Part shown: positions 34,350 through 43,304 of the stretch, piece by piece
Layout of the letters: every line of letters begins with the position of its first letter
Numbering within the stretch: the stretch's first letter is position 1
DNA from: Microgenomates group bacterium GW2011_GWF2_46_18
GTDB taxonomy: Bacteria; Patescibacteriota; Microgenomatia; UBA1400; UBA12108
Direction of reading: 5' to 3'
DNA length: 64,000 nucleotides
NCBI GenBank assembly: GCA_001002415.1
Contig: LCMB01000004.1
Span: 13-64,012, forward strand
The notes under the pieces: model-generated
Database searches by the model: none
Told to the model about the DNA's origin: nothing
The model's input: the letters and a program-made list of their open reading frames with translations, nothing else
Translations under genes and position numbers: made by a program

Positions 34350-35528
34350 ATGGTAAAAGCTAAAGTTACTAAGAAAGTAAAGGTGGTGGCAAAAGTGCCA
34401 AAGGCGCCAAAGAAAGAGAAGACGGTTAAGAAGGAAGTGAAGATAACAAAAGCTGTGAAAGAACCGGTGACGATGGAAGAGTTGCTCTCAAGTGCAGGAT
34501 ATAAATTGTCGGTTCCCAAAAAAGGCGAGACGATCACGGGATTAGTCACAATGGTGAACCGGAAGATGGTATTGGTCGATATCGGAGCCAAGACTGAGGG
34601 GTTGGTAGCGGAAAAAGAATACGAATACGCGCGTGAATTTATCGAGACTTTGAAGGTAGGGGATGAGATTGATGTGTATATTGCATCTGATGAAAACGAG
34701 CGGGGACAGATTTTACTGTCACTGCGCCGAGCGATGATGACCAAGTTGTGGGATATGCTCGAAGGGTATTTAAAAAATGAAACAGAAGTACAGGTCAAAA
34801 CCTACGAGCTTAATCGTGGGGGGATGATTGTCAAATGGCAGGGACTAAGAGGATTTATCCCCAGTTCCCAATTTGGGTCTAGTTATGCCGGGAATTTGCA
34901 GGGATTAGTAGGAAAGATGATTGCGGTTAAGCCCATCGAGGTGGATCGAGAAAAGAACCGTTTAATTTTCTCGGAAAAGCATGTTTCCGAAGCCATGCAA
35001 ATGGTTCAGCGGGAGAATGCTCTTAAGGCAGTGAAGGTAGGGGATACTTTGGAAGGGAAGGTAACAGGAGTCTTAAATTTTGGCGCGTTTGTGGCGGTCA
35101 CTGTTTCGGGAGTAATAGTTGAGGGATTGGTCCATATTTCAGAGATTTCCTGGGAGAAAGTGGAGGATATCCACAAATATCTCAAGGTAGGAGATGCCGT
35201 AAAAGTTAAGGTGATGGGGGTAGAGCAGGGGACCGGGAAACTGAACCTCTCAATCAAACAGCTGCAAGCTGACCCATGGAGTATGGCGGCAGAGAAGTAC
35301 CCAGCCGGGACAACGATTAAGGGTAAGATTTCCCGGAGCGCGCCATTTGGCACGTTTGTGAACTTCGAGCCAGGAGTAGATGGACTCATCCATGTCTCTC
35401 GGATGGGTAGTTTTGGGGAGTTAACACCTGGAGAAGTGATCGAGGTGTTGGTTGAGAATGTGGACCCAGAACACCGCAGAATGAGTTTGGGACCAGTACT
35501 TAAAGAGGTGCCGGTTGGATACAAATAG
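34350..35528 (+). CDS. rpsA: 30S ribosomal protein S1 (four S1 domains, Lys-rich N-terminus)
   Basis: Repeated S1 OB-fold motifs ('G..V.G.V......G..V.....EGL.H.SE'). ATG 34350 follows GAAGGGAG. Confidence 0.75.
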   Translation: MVKAKVTKKVKVVAKVPKAPKKEKTVKKEVKITKAVKEPVTMEELLSSAGYKLSVPKKGETITGLVTMVNRKMVLVDIGAKTEGLVAEKEYEYAREFIETLKVGDEIDVYIASDENERGQILLSLRRAMMTKLWDMLEGYLKNETEVQVKTYELNRGGMIVKWQGLRGFIPSSQFGSSYAGNLQGLVGKMIAVKPIEVDREKNRLIFSEKHVSEAMQMVQRENALKAVKVGDTLEGKVTGVLNFGAFVAVTVSGVIVEGLVHISEISWEKVEDIHKYLKVGDAVKVKVMGVEQGTGKLNLSIKQLQADPWSMAAEKYPAGTTIKGKISRSAPFGTFVNFEPGVDGLIHVSRMGSFGELTPGEVIEVLVENVDPEHRRMSLGPVLKEVPVGYK

Positions 35529-35562
35529 GAATTAGGAATTAGAAAATAGGAAATAGGGAGTA
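35528..35562 (+). repeat. GGAAnnA heptad array (k), 5 units, intergenic after rpsA
   Basis: GGAATTA GGAATTA GAAAATA GGAAATA GGGAGTA. It begins at the last base of the rpsA stop. Its last unit doubles as the Shine-Dalgarno for the 47-aa ORF. Confidence 0.85.
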
Positions 35563-35567
35563 AACAT

Positions 35568-35711
35568 ATGAGTAAAACAAAGATGATAGTGAAGGATGAT
35601 CAGATCTTAGTGGACTTGGAGTGGATTTTTGAGGAAATCCGCGGAGCGAATGGGGATTGGAAGGCAGTCGAAGAGCAATTGAGAGGATTATTGTCGGCGG
35701 TAGAGGAATAG
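35568..35711 (+). CDS. Small hypothetical protein (47 aa)
   Basis: Not in the ORF track. Its ATG lies 7 nt after GGGAG, the last unit of heptad array (k). Its stop is 1 nt before the next ATG. Confidence 0.35.
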   Translation: MSKTKMIVKDDQILVDLEWIFEEIRGANGDWKAVEEQLRGLLSAVEE

Positions 35712-35712
35712 T

Positions 35713-36357
35713 ATGTCACCAGAGATACCATCGACGAACAGAACAATGTTGGAGAGGATGCTGGGGAGCGGATGGGAAGTGAAAGAAGGAGATCCTAGCT
35801 TGTTGGTTAGGGTTGTTAGGGGGGGATTAGTTCACTGTGTTGATGGGCGGAAGGTGGATCAATTTCTGGTACCACAAAAAATTGTACGAGGCCCTAAGAT
35901 TCAGGGTGGAGCTGAGGGGGTAGCTTTGCTGTTGGCGAAAGCTCAGGGTGTTTCGGAAGTGGATGAAAGTTGGTTTAGAAAAGCATGCCAGGTGATTAAA
36001 AACTCTGGTTTTGTGCCGGGTGTACATGATTTTGATCACTTACACTGTGGTCATTTTAACCTGGCAAGTCAAGGAAAATTTGAGGGAATGCCAAGATTCA
36101 CAATAACGGCAGGGGACATGAGCCGGATTGTAGGGGAGTTTGGAGGGAGTCAAGTTCATTTAGCAGGTCAACACGAGGAGTACGTGATGCGAGTTAATTG
36201 GGATCCGAACATGACTTTAATTCCGAACAAGGAAGCTTTTAATCTGGATGCATGGTATGCAAATGTGATTGGGATTAATCAGGAGACTCTGCTTGATAAT
36301 GCGGCTAAGACGGTAATGGGACTTAGTTCTGTTCGGACGGTTGAAGTTTTTGGCTAG
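35713..36357 (+). CDS. Hypothetical protein
   Basis: A 214-aa ORF packed tightly in the operon. No family recognised. Confidence 0.5.
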   Translation: MSPEIPSTNRTMLERMLGSGWEVKEGDPSLLVRVVRGGLVHCVDGRKVDQFLVPQKIVRGPKIQGGAEGVALLLAKAQGVSEVDESWFRKACQVIKNSGFVPGVHDFDHLHCGHFNLASQGKFEGMPRFTITAGDMSRIVGEFGGSQVHLAGQHEEYVMRVNWDPNMTLIPNKEAFNLDAWYANVIGINQETLLDNAAKTVMGLSSVRTVEVFG

Positions 36358-36377
36358 CCATTTGCTAGAATAGCCTC

Positions 36378-37694
36378 ATGGTGAAAAGTAGTGTAGTTTA
36401 TGAATGTGCGAGTTGTGGGGCGCAGTACCCCAAGTGGGCAGGGAAGTGTGAGGAATGTGGGAAGTGGAATACCCTGGTTGAAGAAGTACAAGTCGGGAGA
36501 AGAACCAAAACGGCGCAAACAAGGGGGACGGGGGCAAGATTACAAAATTTGAACGAGATTGAAACCAAGACAATGGCTCGTTTATCCACGGGGATTGGAG
36601 AGCTCGATAGAGTGCTCGGGGAGGGGTTGGTATTGGGTGAAGTTTGCTTGATGATAGGGGAACCGGGGATTGGAAAGAGTACACTGCTTACTCAACTGTC
36701 TTTAAACTTAGAAAGGACGGTTTATGTCTGTGGAGAGGAGTCTCCGGGTCAAGTAAGATTGAGAATTGAGAGGATGCAGAAAGGGAAAAAGGCCCAAAAC
36801 AAAGAGCCAAAGCTCAAATTGTTGGCTGAGACGGATGTGGACGTAATTTTGACAACGATTGAGAAGGAAGATATAGCTTTACTAATCATTGATTCAGTAC
36901 AGACTTTGTATACGGCTGATTTGCCGGGAATGGCGGGATCGGTTGGCCAGATTCGCGAGTGTACGGGACGACTAATTGCATACGCGAAGCGGAAAAACGT
37001 GCCGATTATGTTGGTTGGGCATGTCACTAAGGAAGGTGAGATGGCGGGACCCAAGGTACTAGAACATATGGTGGATGCGGTATTGGAGCTGACGGGTGAC
37101 CGTTATTATGATCTGAGAATTTTAAGGACGCAGAAAAATCGGTTTGGGGCGACGGATGAAGTGGGGGTGTTCCAGATGAGTGAGACAGGCATGATGGAAG
37201 TAACTAATCCAAGTCAATTATTTTTGGCAGAACGGGAGGAGGGAGCGATTGGAAGCGCGGTGGCGGTCATTATGGAGGGAACCAGGCCAGTACTGGTAGA
37301 AGTGCAGGCATTGGTGGTGGAGTCGGAGCTTCCGGTACCTAGGCGGGTAGCGCAGGGAGTGGACGCCCGACGAGTGCAGATACTTTTGGGGGTGTTACAA
37401 AAATATACCCGGCTGGCGGTGGGGAGTAAGGATGTGTTTGTGAAAGTAACCGGCGGATTGAGCGTAAAGGAGCCGGCAATTGATTTGGCAACAGTATTAG
37501 CGATTGCCAGTAGTGTGCGAGGGAAAGCATTGCCGAAGAATGCGGTGGCGATCGGAGAAGTGGGACTATTGGGTGAGATTAGGAGTGTAGGGTGGGAGCA
37601 AAAACGGGAAAAAGAGGCCCAAAAATTGGGCTACACGCAGATTTACTCGAGAAGTAGTCATCGAAAAGTAGGGGAAATCATCCAGAATTGGTAA
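36378..37694 (+). CDS. radA: DNA repair protein RadA/Sms
   Basis: Zinc finger 'CASCGAQYPKWAGKCEECGKWNT', Walker A 'GEPGIGKST', the 'KNRFG' motif, and a Lon-like C-terminal domain. A TGCTAGAAT box lies 6 nt upstream of the ATG. Confidence 0.9.
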   Translation: MVKSSVVYECASCGAQYPKWAGKCEECGKWNTLVEEVQVGRRTKTAQTRGTGARLQNLNEIETKTMARLSTGIGELDRVLGEGLVLGEVCLMIGEPGIGKSTLLTQLSLNLERTVYVCGEESPGQVRLRIERMQKGKKAQNKEPKLKLLAETDVDVILTTIEKEDIALLIIDSVQTLYTADLPGMAGSVGQIRECTGRLIAYAKRKNVPIMLVGHVTKEGEMAGPKVLEHMVDAVLELTGDRYYDLRILRTQKNRFGATDEVGVFQMSETGMMEVTNPSQLFLAEREEGAIGSAVAVIMEGTRPVLVEVQALVVESELPVPRRVAQGVDARRVQILLGVLQKYTRLAVGSKDVFVKVTGGLSVKEPAIDLATVLAIASSVRGKALPKNAVAIGEVGLLGEIRSVGWEQKREKEAQKLGYTQIYSRSSHRKVGEIIQNW

Positions 37695-37712
37695 TTTGAA
37701 GATCTAATCCTA

Positions 37713-37814
37713 GTTCGATGTACTTCACGCGAAAAAGACGGCGTTCTCGCCTGCTGGCGATCCGCCTCTAACTCGGCCCGTCGGCCTGCGTAAACTTTTT
37801 CGGCTGTGAAATAC
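37713..37814 (+). ncRNA. Structured ~100-nt dispersed element, copy B
   Basis: Homologous to 1874..1976. It has a GGCC-CGTC-GGCC hairpin, an inner stem CGCC-tgct-GGCG, and an outer GAAAAAG/CTTTTTC stem. It starts 19 nt after the radA stop. Confidence 0.45.
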
Positions 37815-38271
37815 GTCTGCACTAGTTATTCGTTAGTTATCCACAATCGTAAATTGAGAGAAAATGCCAGGGGTGTATTTTATATGGGTTATTGGAGAAA
37901 GGGGAGGTAGATTTGTTATAGGTTGACTTCGTCTACTCGAGGTGCTAGGATACGAAAAGAGCATTCCTACCGCTGATATACCGTTTGCACAGTTCTCACG
38001 AGTAGCAATGCTCTTATTCAAATACGATGTGTAGTATTTCTAGGTCCTACACAAGCGTACATGAACTTTAACATCACACGTGGTGGGCGTCAAGCTACAT
38101 TTTGTGTGTAAGGGATGTTGTTACCCACTACGGGTAGTGTATAGGCTTATAATGTCTCGACGCGTGAATAGTATCGGGGGGCATGTGAGATAGGGCAGGC
38201 TCATAGCCCTCCGATAGTGTTCAGGTGCCATAAGACGATGATGGATAACGTAAAATGAAGAGGAGTAGGCG

Positions 38272-39003
38272 ATGTCTTTCCAGGGTTTAGGCAGGGAATT
38301 TTCAAAAAATCTGAGTTTTTTCGAAAGTGGGTTGGGAGGAGTGTTCCCGGCGATCGAACGGGGGAAGGCGTTAGAGATTGCCAGACAGGAAATAGCGGAA
38401 GGAAGGCCGGCTTATTTGAAAGCAAAGAAAGATTCTCAGGCTTTAATGGTATATGTGGAACCACGGAGGGATGGGTTGGTTTGGGCAAGCGTGGTACCGG
38501 CGTTACATTTTGTAACATCGCATGGACTAGGGAGGCATCAGGGGACAACAGATCGAGTTGAGTCGTTTGCAGAAATATTAAGACAGGGATTTCGCTCACC
38601 AACTGGAGAGAATAATGCTTTGTTACTAACACCGGGATATGGAGAAGAAAAGTGGAAATCTGGTTATCCTCGAGAAAAGATCAATGGATATTTTGGTGGA
38701 TGGTATATGACGAAACAAAATGCCCAGGACAGAGGGGCGAACAAGGGAGATTCACTCCGAGTGGTGCTTTGGTCGGGATTCTACGCGGAGAATAGGGTAA
38801 AGGTACAAAAAGGGGGGATACAAAAAAATTCAACTTGTGTAGATGGGACAAGTATTGGTTATGTAGAGGGGGTGGTCGTGACGGCACCAGGATCAGATTG
38901 GAGACAAAGAATTGAGTATTACCGTAATTTATATCGGGAGCAGAGACTACACGCACCGCTGGAAATTTTTGATGTGCAGGGACAACGGGTGAGAGTAGAA
39001 TAA
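38272..39003 (+). CDS. Hypothetical protein
   Basis: A 243-aa ORF with a GAAGAGGAG Shine-Dalgarno upstream. No family recognised. Confidence 0.5.
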   Translation: MSFQGLGREFSKNLSFFESGLGGVFPAIERGKALEIARQEIAEGRPAYLKAKKDSQALMVYVEPRRDGLVWASVVPALHFVTSHGLGRHQGTTDRVESFAEILRQGFRSPTGENNALLLTPGYGEEKWKSGYPREKINGYFGGWYMTKQNAQDRGANKGDSLRVVLWSGFYAENRVKVQKGGIQKNSTCVDGTSIGYVEGVVVTAPGSDWRQRIEYYRNLYREQRLHAPLEIFDVQGQRVRVE

Positions 39004-39007
39004 ATTT

Positions 39008-39913
39008 ATGCAGATATTTAGCGGAAGTAGTAATTCGGGATTAGCCAAGCAAGTGGCGGAATTAATGGGAAGTAAAATGGGTGAGGTAGAAATTTCGCAG
39101 TTTGCGAATGGGGAAATTAGGGTATGGGTAAAAGAGAAGAAGTTGGCAAAGCAAGTGGTGGTAGTACAGTCTCTGTCGAGCCCAACCAATGAACATGTGA
39201 TTGAGTTTTGTCTTTTATGTGATGCCTTACACCGGGAGGGAGCCAGGGAGATCACAGCCGTCATCCCCTGGATGGGGTACAGTAAACAGGACAAGGTGTT
39301 TCGGCCGGGAGAGCCACTCTCGGCTAAAGTGATGGCACAGGTATTACAGACTGCCAAACTAGAAAAAATAATTACCTTTGATTTACATAACCGGGCAACC
39401 CTGGGATTTTTTGAGGTGCCGATTGTTGAATTATCAGCCAAACCCCTATTGATCGATTATTTCCGGAAAAAGGTGGGGGAGCAGACGGTGGTGGTGGCGC
39501 CAGACGCGGGGAGTGCCAAGGCCAGTACCTCGTTTGCCCAGTCCTTGGGATTGTCGGTTGTGTATGTCGACAAAAGACGGGATTTGGAGAGTGGGAAAGT
39601 CACGATCATGGGGATGAGCCAGAGTGTAGCTGGAAGGGAAGTAATTCTGGTGGATGATAATGTTTTTACCGGTGCGACCCTTTTATCAACCGCGAAAGAA
39701 CTAAAAAAAGCTGGAGCCAAATCGATCAGAGTGGGATTAACCCATCATTTGTACGTGCCAGGGGTACAAGAAAAACTCGAGCAGAGTGAGATAAATGAGA
39801 TCGTGGTCACAGACACGATTCAAGGAAACAGGAAACAGGAATTAGGAATTAGGAAAGAGAAATTGAAAGTGCTGAGTGTGGCGCCTTTGATAGTTGACGA
39901 ACTAGCGAAGTAG
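39008..39913 (+). CDS. prs: Ribose-phosphate pyrophosphokinase
   Basis: 'MQIFSGSSN..LA', 'VVAPDAGSAKA', and the PRPP-binding loop 'VILVDDNVFTGATL'. It contains heptad array (l) near the C-terminus. Confidence 0.85.
   Translation: MQIFSGSSNSGLAKQVAELMGSKMGEVEISQFANGEIRVWVKEKKLAKQVVVVQSLSSPTNEHVIEFCLLCDALHREGAREITAVIPWMGYSKQDKVFRPGEPLSAKVMAQVLQTAKLEKIITFDLHNRATLGFFEVPIVELSAKPLLIDYFRKKVGEQTVVVAPDAGSAKASTSFAQSLGLSVVYVDKRRDLESGKVTIMGMSQSVAGREVILVDDNVFTGATLLSTAKELKKAGAKSIRVGLTHHLYVPGVQEKLEQSEINEIVVTDTIQGNRKQELGIRKEKLKVLSVAPLIVDELAK
39824..39858 (+). repeat. GGAAnnA heptad array (l), 5 units, inside prs
   Basis: GGAAACA GGAAACA GGAATTA GGAATTA GGAAAGA, translated 'GNRKQELGIRKE'. Confidence 0.85.
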
Positions 39914-40005
39914 TGCGATACTATGGTTTGTTCCCCGAGAAATAGATAGATTTCAGACATTTGATTCCAGTAGTTTGTACAAAGAAAAATTTTATGGAGG
40001 TAGGT

Positions 40006-41241
40006 ATGCCAGCAGTTGCGAAAAAGAAACAGGAAGAAGTGACCGCTCAGCCAAGTTTGGTTGTGCCGGTAGCTCAAACGGTGCGACCTACTTTTGCACC
40101 GAGACCGCAGACCTATGTGGCACCTCAAAATACTCAGCCGATTGAAAATATTGTTGGTTATTTGGATGATTCGCCAGATGGGCATGGGGTACTGCGACCG
40201 CATTTTTCCCCGAGTGAGCGGGATGTATATATTTCCAGCATGGTGGTACGCCGGTTGGGATTGCGACCTGGGGATTATGTGGAAGGAACAGCGAGAAAGC
40301 CCAAGGAAAATGAACGTTATTGGGGGCTAGCCACGGTTAATAAAATTAATAACAAGCCACCGAGCGAGCTGTATAAGCGGGTAAAATTTCATAACCTAAC
40401 ACCGATTTATCCTAACCAGAAGATCAAGCTAGAGATGGGACAACAACCATTATCCAACCGCTTGATTGATTTGGTGGCGCCGATTGGACGGGGACAGCGG
40501 GGGATGATTGTGGCGCAACCCAAGGCGGGGAAAACGACCATCATGAAAGATATGGTGACCGGAATTGCGGCTAACTACCCAGAGATTCACCTGATGACAG
40601 TTTTGATAGGGGAGCGACCGGAAGAAGTCACAGATATCAAAAGACATTTGGAAAAGGTCACGGAAAAATCAGAGATGAGGGGCGAGTGTGCGGCCAGCAA
40701 CTTTGACGAGCCGGCCGAAGACCAAACTAGAGTTGCGGAGATCGCCTTAGAGCGGGCTAAGCGACTGGTTGAGGAGGGGAGGGATGTAGTGATCCTCCTA
40801 GACTCAATTACCCGGCTGGCGCGGGCATATAACCTGGCAATCCCCACGAGTGGGAGAACCTTGTCGGGTGGATTTGATCCGGCGGCACTCTACCCACCGA
40901 AGCGATTTTTTGGAGCAGCCCGGAAAATGGAAGACGGGGGGAGTTTGACGATTATCGGAACCGCTTTGGTCGATACGGGTTCACGTATGGATGAGCTGAT
41001 TTACGAAGAATTTAAGGGTACCGGCAACATGGAGCTGGTACTGGACCGCCGATTGTCTGAACGGCGGATTTTCCCAGCCATTGATGTGTACAAGTCGGGA
41101 ACAAGACGGGAAGACCTCTTGTTTACGGGAACCGAATACCAAAATATTGTGGTCTTACGCCGGATGGTGGATATGCTGGGGGATGATGAGCGAACCAGTG
41201 TGTCCAATAAGGAGTTCTTGGCGACGCTAAAAGAGGGGTAG
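40006..41241 (+). CDS. rho: Transcription termination factor Rho
   Basis: RNA-binding region '[14 protein letters not shown]', Walker A 'AQPKAGKTT', '[15 protein letters not shown]' and 'IFPAIDV'. ATG 40006 follows GGAGG. The track's TTG start at 39961 is less likely. Confidence 0.9.
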   Translation: MPAVAKKKQEEVTAQPSLVVPVAQTVRPTFAPRPQTYVAPQNTQPIENIVGYLDDSPDGHGVLRPHFSPSERDVYISSMVVRRLGLRPGDYVEGTARKPKENERYWGLATVNKINNKPPSELYKRVKFHNLTPIYPNQKIKLEMGQQPLSNRLIDLVAPIGRGQRGMIVAQPKAGKTTIMKDMVTGIAANYPEIHLMTVLIGERPEEVTDIKRHLEKVTEKSEMRGECAASNFDEPAEDQTRVAEIALERAKRLVEEGRDVVILLDSITRLARAYNLAIPTSGRTLSGGFDPAALYPPKRFFGAARKMEDGGSLTIIGTALVDTGSRMDELIYEEFKGTGNMELVLDRRLSERRIFPAIDVYKSGTRREDLLFTGTEYQNIVVLRRMVDMLGDDERTSVSNKEFLATLKEG

Positions 41242-41267
41242 GGTTTGTGGTAAGATAGGTGACTGAT

Positions 41268-42350
41268 ATGACAGAACTTACCCAGCGACAGGAACTGGTG
41301 GAATTTGCTCGGCAACTGTGGGTGTACCTTTCACGGCACGCATATCGAGCTTTTTTCCGATTTGAAGCAGGAAAAGATTTGATAGCGGGAGCGCTGTACC
41401 ACCAGAGAGGGCGTTACGCCAGACCATTTTTGCATTCAGCCATGTTGGCCCTAATCTTTTTTGGAATTACCTTTGGCCCCAAGTTGGTGAGAGCCAGTTT
41501 TTTGAGTGAAAATGAAAGCGGGGGAGTGGTGGGAGTAGTGTTTGGACAAGGAACGGAAACAAATGGGTTGGTAACGATTGAGTCACAGAAAACCTGGAAC
41601 CAAGTGTCGGAGTATACGATTAAAGATGGGGATACCCTCTCGGGAATTGCCGATAAGTTTGATGTGTCGGTGGATTCGATCAAGTGGGCTAACCCAAGTG
41701 TGAATTGGCAAAAAATCAAAGATGGTCAGGTGGTGTCGATCCCGCCGGTCACGGGGATTGTGTACAAAGTTAAACCAGGGGACACCGTGTACTCGTTAGC
41801 TAAAAAATTTGAGACGGATGCCCAGGCGATTGTGGACTTTCCGTTAAATACTTTTTCGGATGATGAAACCTTTGCGCTCGTGGCAGGTCAGACGTTAGTG
41901 TTACCAGATGGAGTGATGCCGGATGCGCCGGCTCCCGCTACCCCTCGTTTTGCCAATGTGCTGACACCTGATGCGGGGGCGGTCTCGGCTACCGGTAATT
42001 TTGCTTGGCCGGCGTTTGGACGGATTACCCAAGGATTCCGGTGGTACCATCCGGCCATTGATATCGCCAATCATGATGGGGGATCTGTCCTGGCGGCGGA
42101 TGCGGGGAGAGTAGAAACGGCGGGGTGGAGCAGTGTGGGGTACGGCAATCATGTGGTTATCAATCATGAGAATGGTTACCGGACACTGTATGCCCATTTG
42201 GCGAGCTTGAGTGTCCAAGTGGGGCAAAGAGTGAACCGTGGGGCGGTACTCGGGATGATGGGGAGTACGGGGCGAAGTACGGGGACTCATTTACACTTTG
42301 AGATCCAGGGTACTGGGGGAAAACCAGATCCGTTGGGCTATTTGAAATGA
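41268..42350 (+). CDS. LysM-domain M23 family metallopeptidase
   Basis: An N-terminal TM helix and two LysM repeats ('[16 protein letters not shown]', '[16 protein letters not shown]'). The M23 motifs are 'HPAIDIA' and 'GTHLHFEI'. Confidence 0.85.
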   Translation: MTELTQRQELVEFARQLWVYLSRHAYRAFFRFEAGKDLIAGALYHQRGRYARPFLHSAMLALIFFGITFGPKLVRASFLSENESGGVVGVVFGQGTETNGLVTIESQKTWNQVSEYTIKDGDTLSGIADKFDVSVDSIKWANPSVNWQKIKDGQVVSIPPVTGIVYKVKPGDTVYSLAKKFETDAQAIVDFPLNTFSDDETFALVAGQTLVLPDGVMPDAPAPATPRFANVLTPDAGAVSATGNFAWPAFGRITQGFRWYHPAIDIANHDGGSVLAADAGRVETAGWSSVGYGNHVVINHENGYRTLYAHLASLSVQVGQRVNRGAVLGMMGSTGRSTGTHLHFEIQGTGGKPDPLGYLK

Positions 42351-42853
42351 AACAGTATCAGGAAGTGTTGTTCATCGGGAGATTTCAACCATTACATTTG
42401 GGGCATTTGGATTGCATGGAGCATGCCCTTAGTACGAGTGAGCGGGTGACGGTGGTGATTGGGAGTATCAACCTAGTGGATGAACTGGCTAACCCGTGGA
42501 CGTATGCCCAGAGACGACAGATGTGGGAAAGGGTGATTGTTGAGCGAGGGTGGGGAGAGAGAGTCAGAATAGTCGGGGTCAACGATTACATGGATGATGA
42601 TGAAAAATGGGCGAAAGAGATCCTGGTACAGGCGCCAGAAGCAGAAGCCGTCTATGGACACAATCAGTGGACTAATGATACTTTGGCTAAATATGGAGGA
42701 TTGGTAGTTGAGGAGCCAGGATTACTAAGAAGAGAGGAATTGGAGGGGACCCTGATTAGAGCCATAATGAGAGAGGGAAAGGATGGATGGGAAGAGCGGG
42801 TACCTACCGAGTTACATGAGTTATTGCGCGGATGGAGTTTGAATCAAGCGTAG
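42347..42853 (+). CDS. Nicotinamide-nucleotide adenylyltransferase (archaeal/NadM-like cytidylyltransferase fold)
   Basis: N-terminal 'GRFQPLHLGH', an (H/T)xGH nucleotidyltransferase motif. 168 aa. Confidence 0.7.
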   Translation: MKQYQEVLFIGRFQPLHLGHLDCMEHALSTSERVTVVIGSINLVDELANPWTYAQRRQMWERVIVERGWGERVRIVGVNDYMDDDEKWAKEILVQAPEAEAVYGHNQWTNDTLAKYGGLVVEEPGLLRREELEGTLIRAIMREGKDGWEERVPTELHELLRGWSLNQA

Positions 42854-43225
42854 TTTGAGGAGGAGGGGAGGCAGAAGAATCATGGTGATACTGCCTTGAA
42901 TGAAGCTAGTAGTGAAGGAGAGGAGGAGAGTAAAGAGGAGGTAAAAGTAGGACTGGCGACTAGTAATTTTGTAGAAGTGAACAAAGGAGTAGTAGACCAG
43001 GAGATAGGCGATGGTGATCTGGGGGTCAAAACTCAAAGTAAGACTATTGATATCAATGTTCCCGCTAAAGGCGGAGATAAAGCCGGCAATGACGGCAGCG
43101 GCTAGGTTAAGGAGAATGGCGAGAGCGATAATGGCAAGGATGCGGAAAAATCCGCCAAAGCGGAATTTAAGGGCGGGGAAACGACGAGATTTGGGAGTAG
43201 CTTGATCGTAGGTGACATCGGGCAT
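42821..43225 (-). CDS. Small multi-pass membrane protein immediately downstream of the giant gene
   Basis: 134 aa with 3-4 hydrophobic helices. It lies 79 nt downstream of the giant gene's stop on the same strand. Its 3' end overlaps the convergent NMNAT gene by 33 nt. Confidence 0.5.
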   Translation of the reverse strand: MPDVTYDQATPKSRRFPALKFRFGGFFRILAIIALAILLNLAAAVIAGFISAFSGNIDINSLTLSFDPQITIAYLLVYYSFVHFYKITSRQSYFYLLFTLLLSFTTSFIQGSITMILLPPLLLKLRLIQTPSAQ

Positions 43226-43304
43226 ATGGACCTCCTTGACTATGTAATACCAGTGTAGCGAGTATTTGAATGGATGTCTAGGGGGTTAGAGAGAGTATAA
43301 GTAA

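Noticed and set aside
10591-39858. The possibility that the short GGAAnnA repeat clusters are CRISPR arrays or a satellite.
   Set aside because: The units are 7 nt and directly tandem, with no spacers. The arrays are only 28-42 nt long and mostly lie inside coding genes. No cas genes are present.
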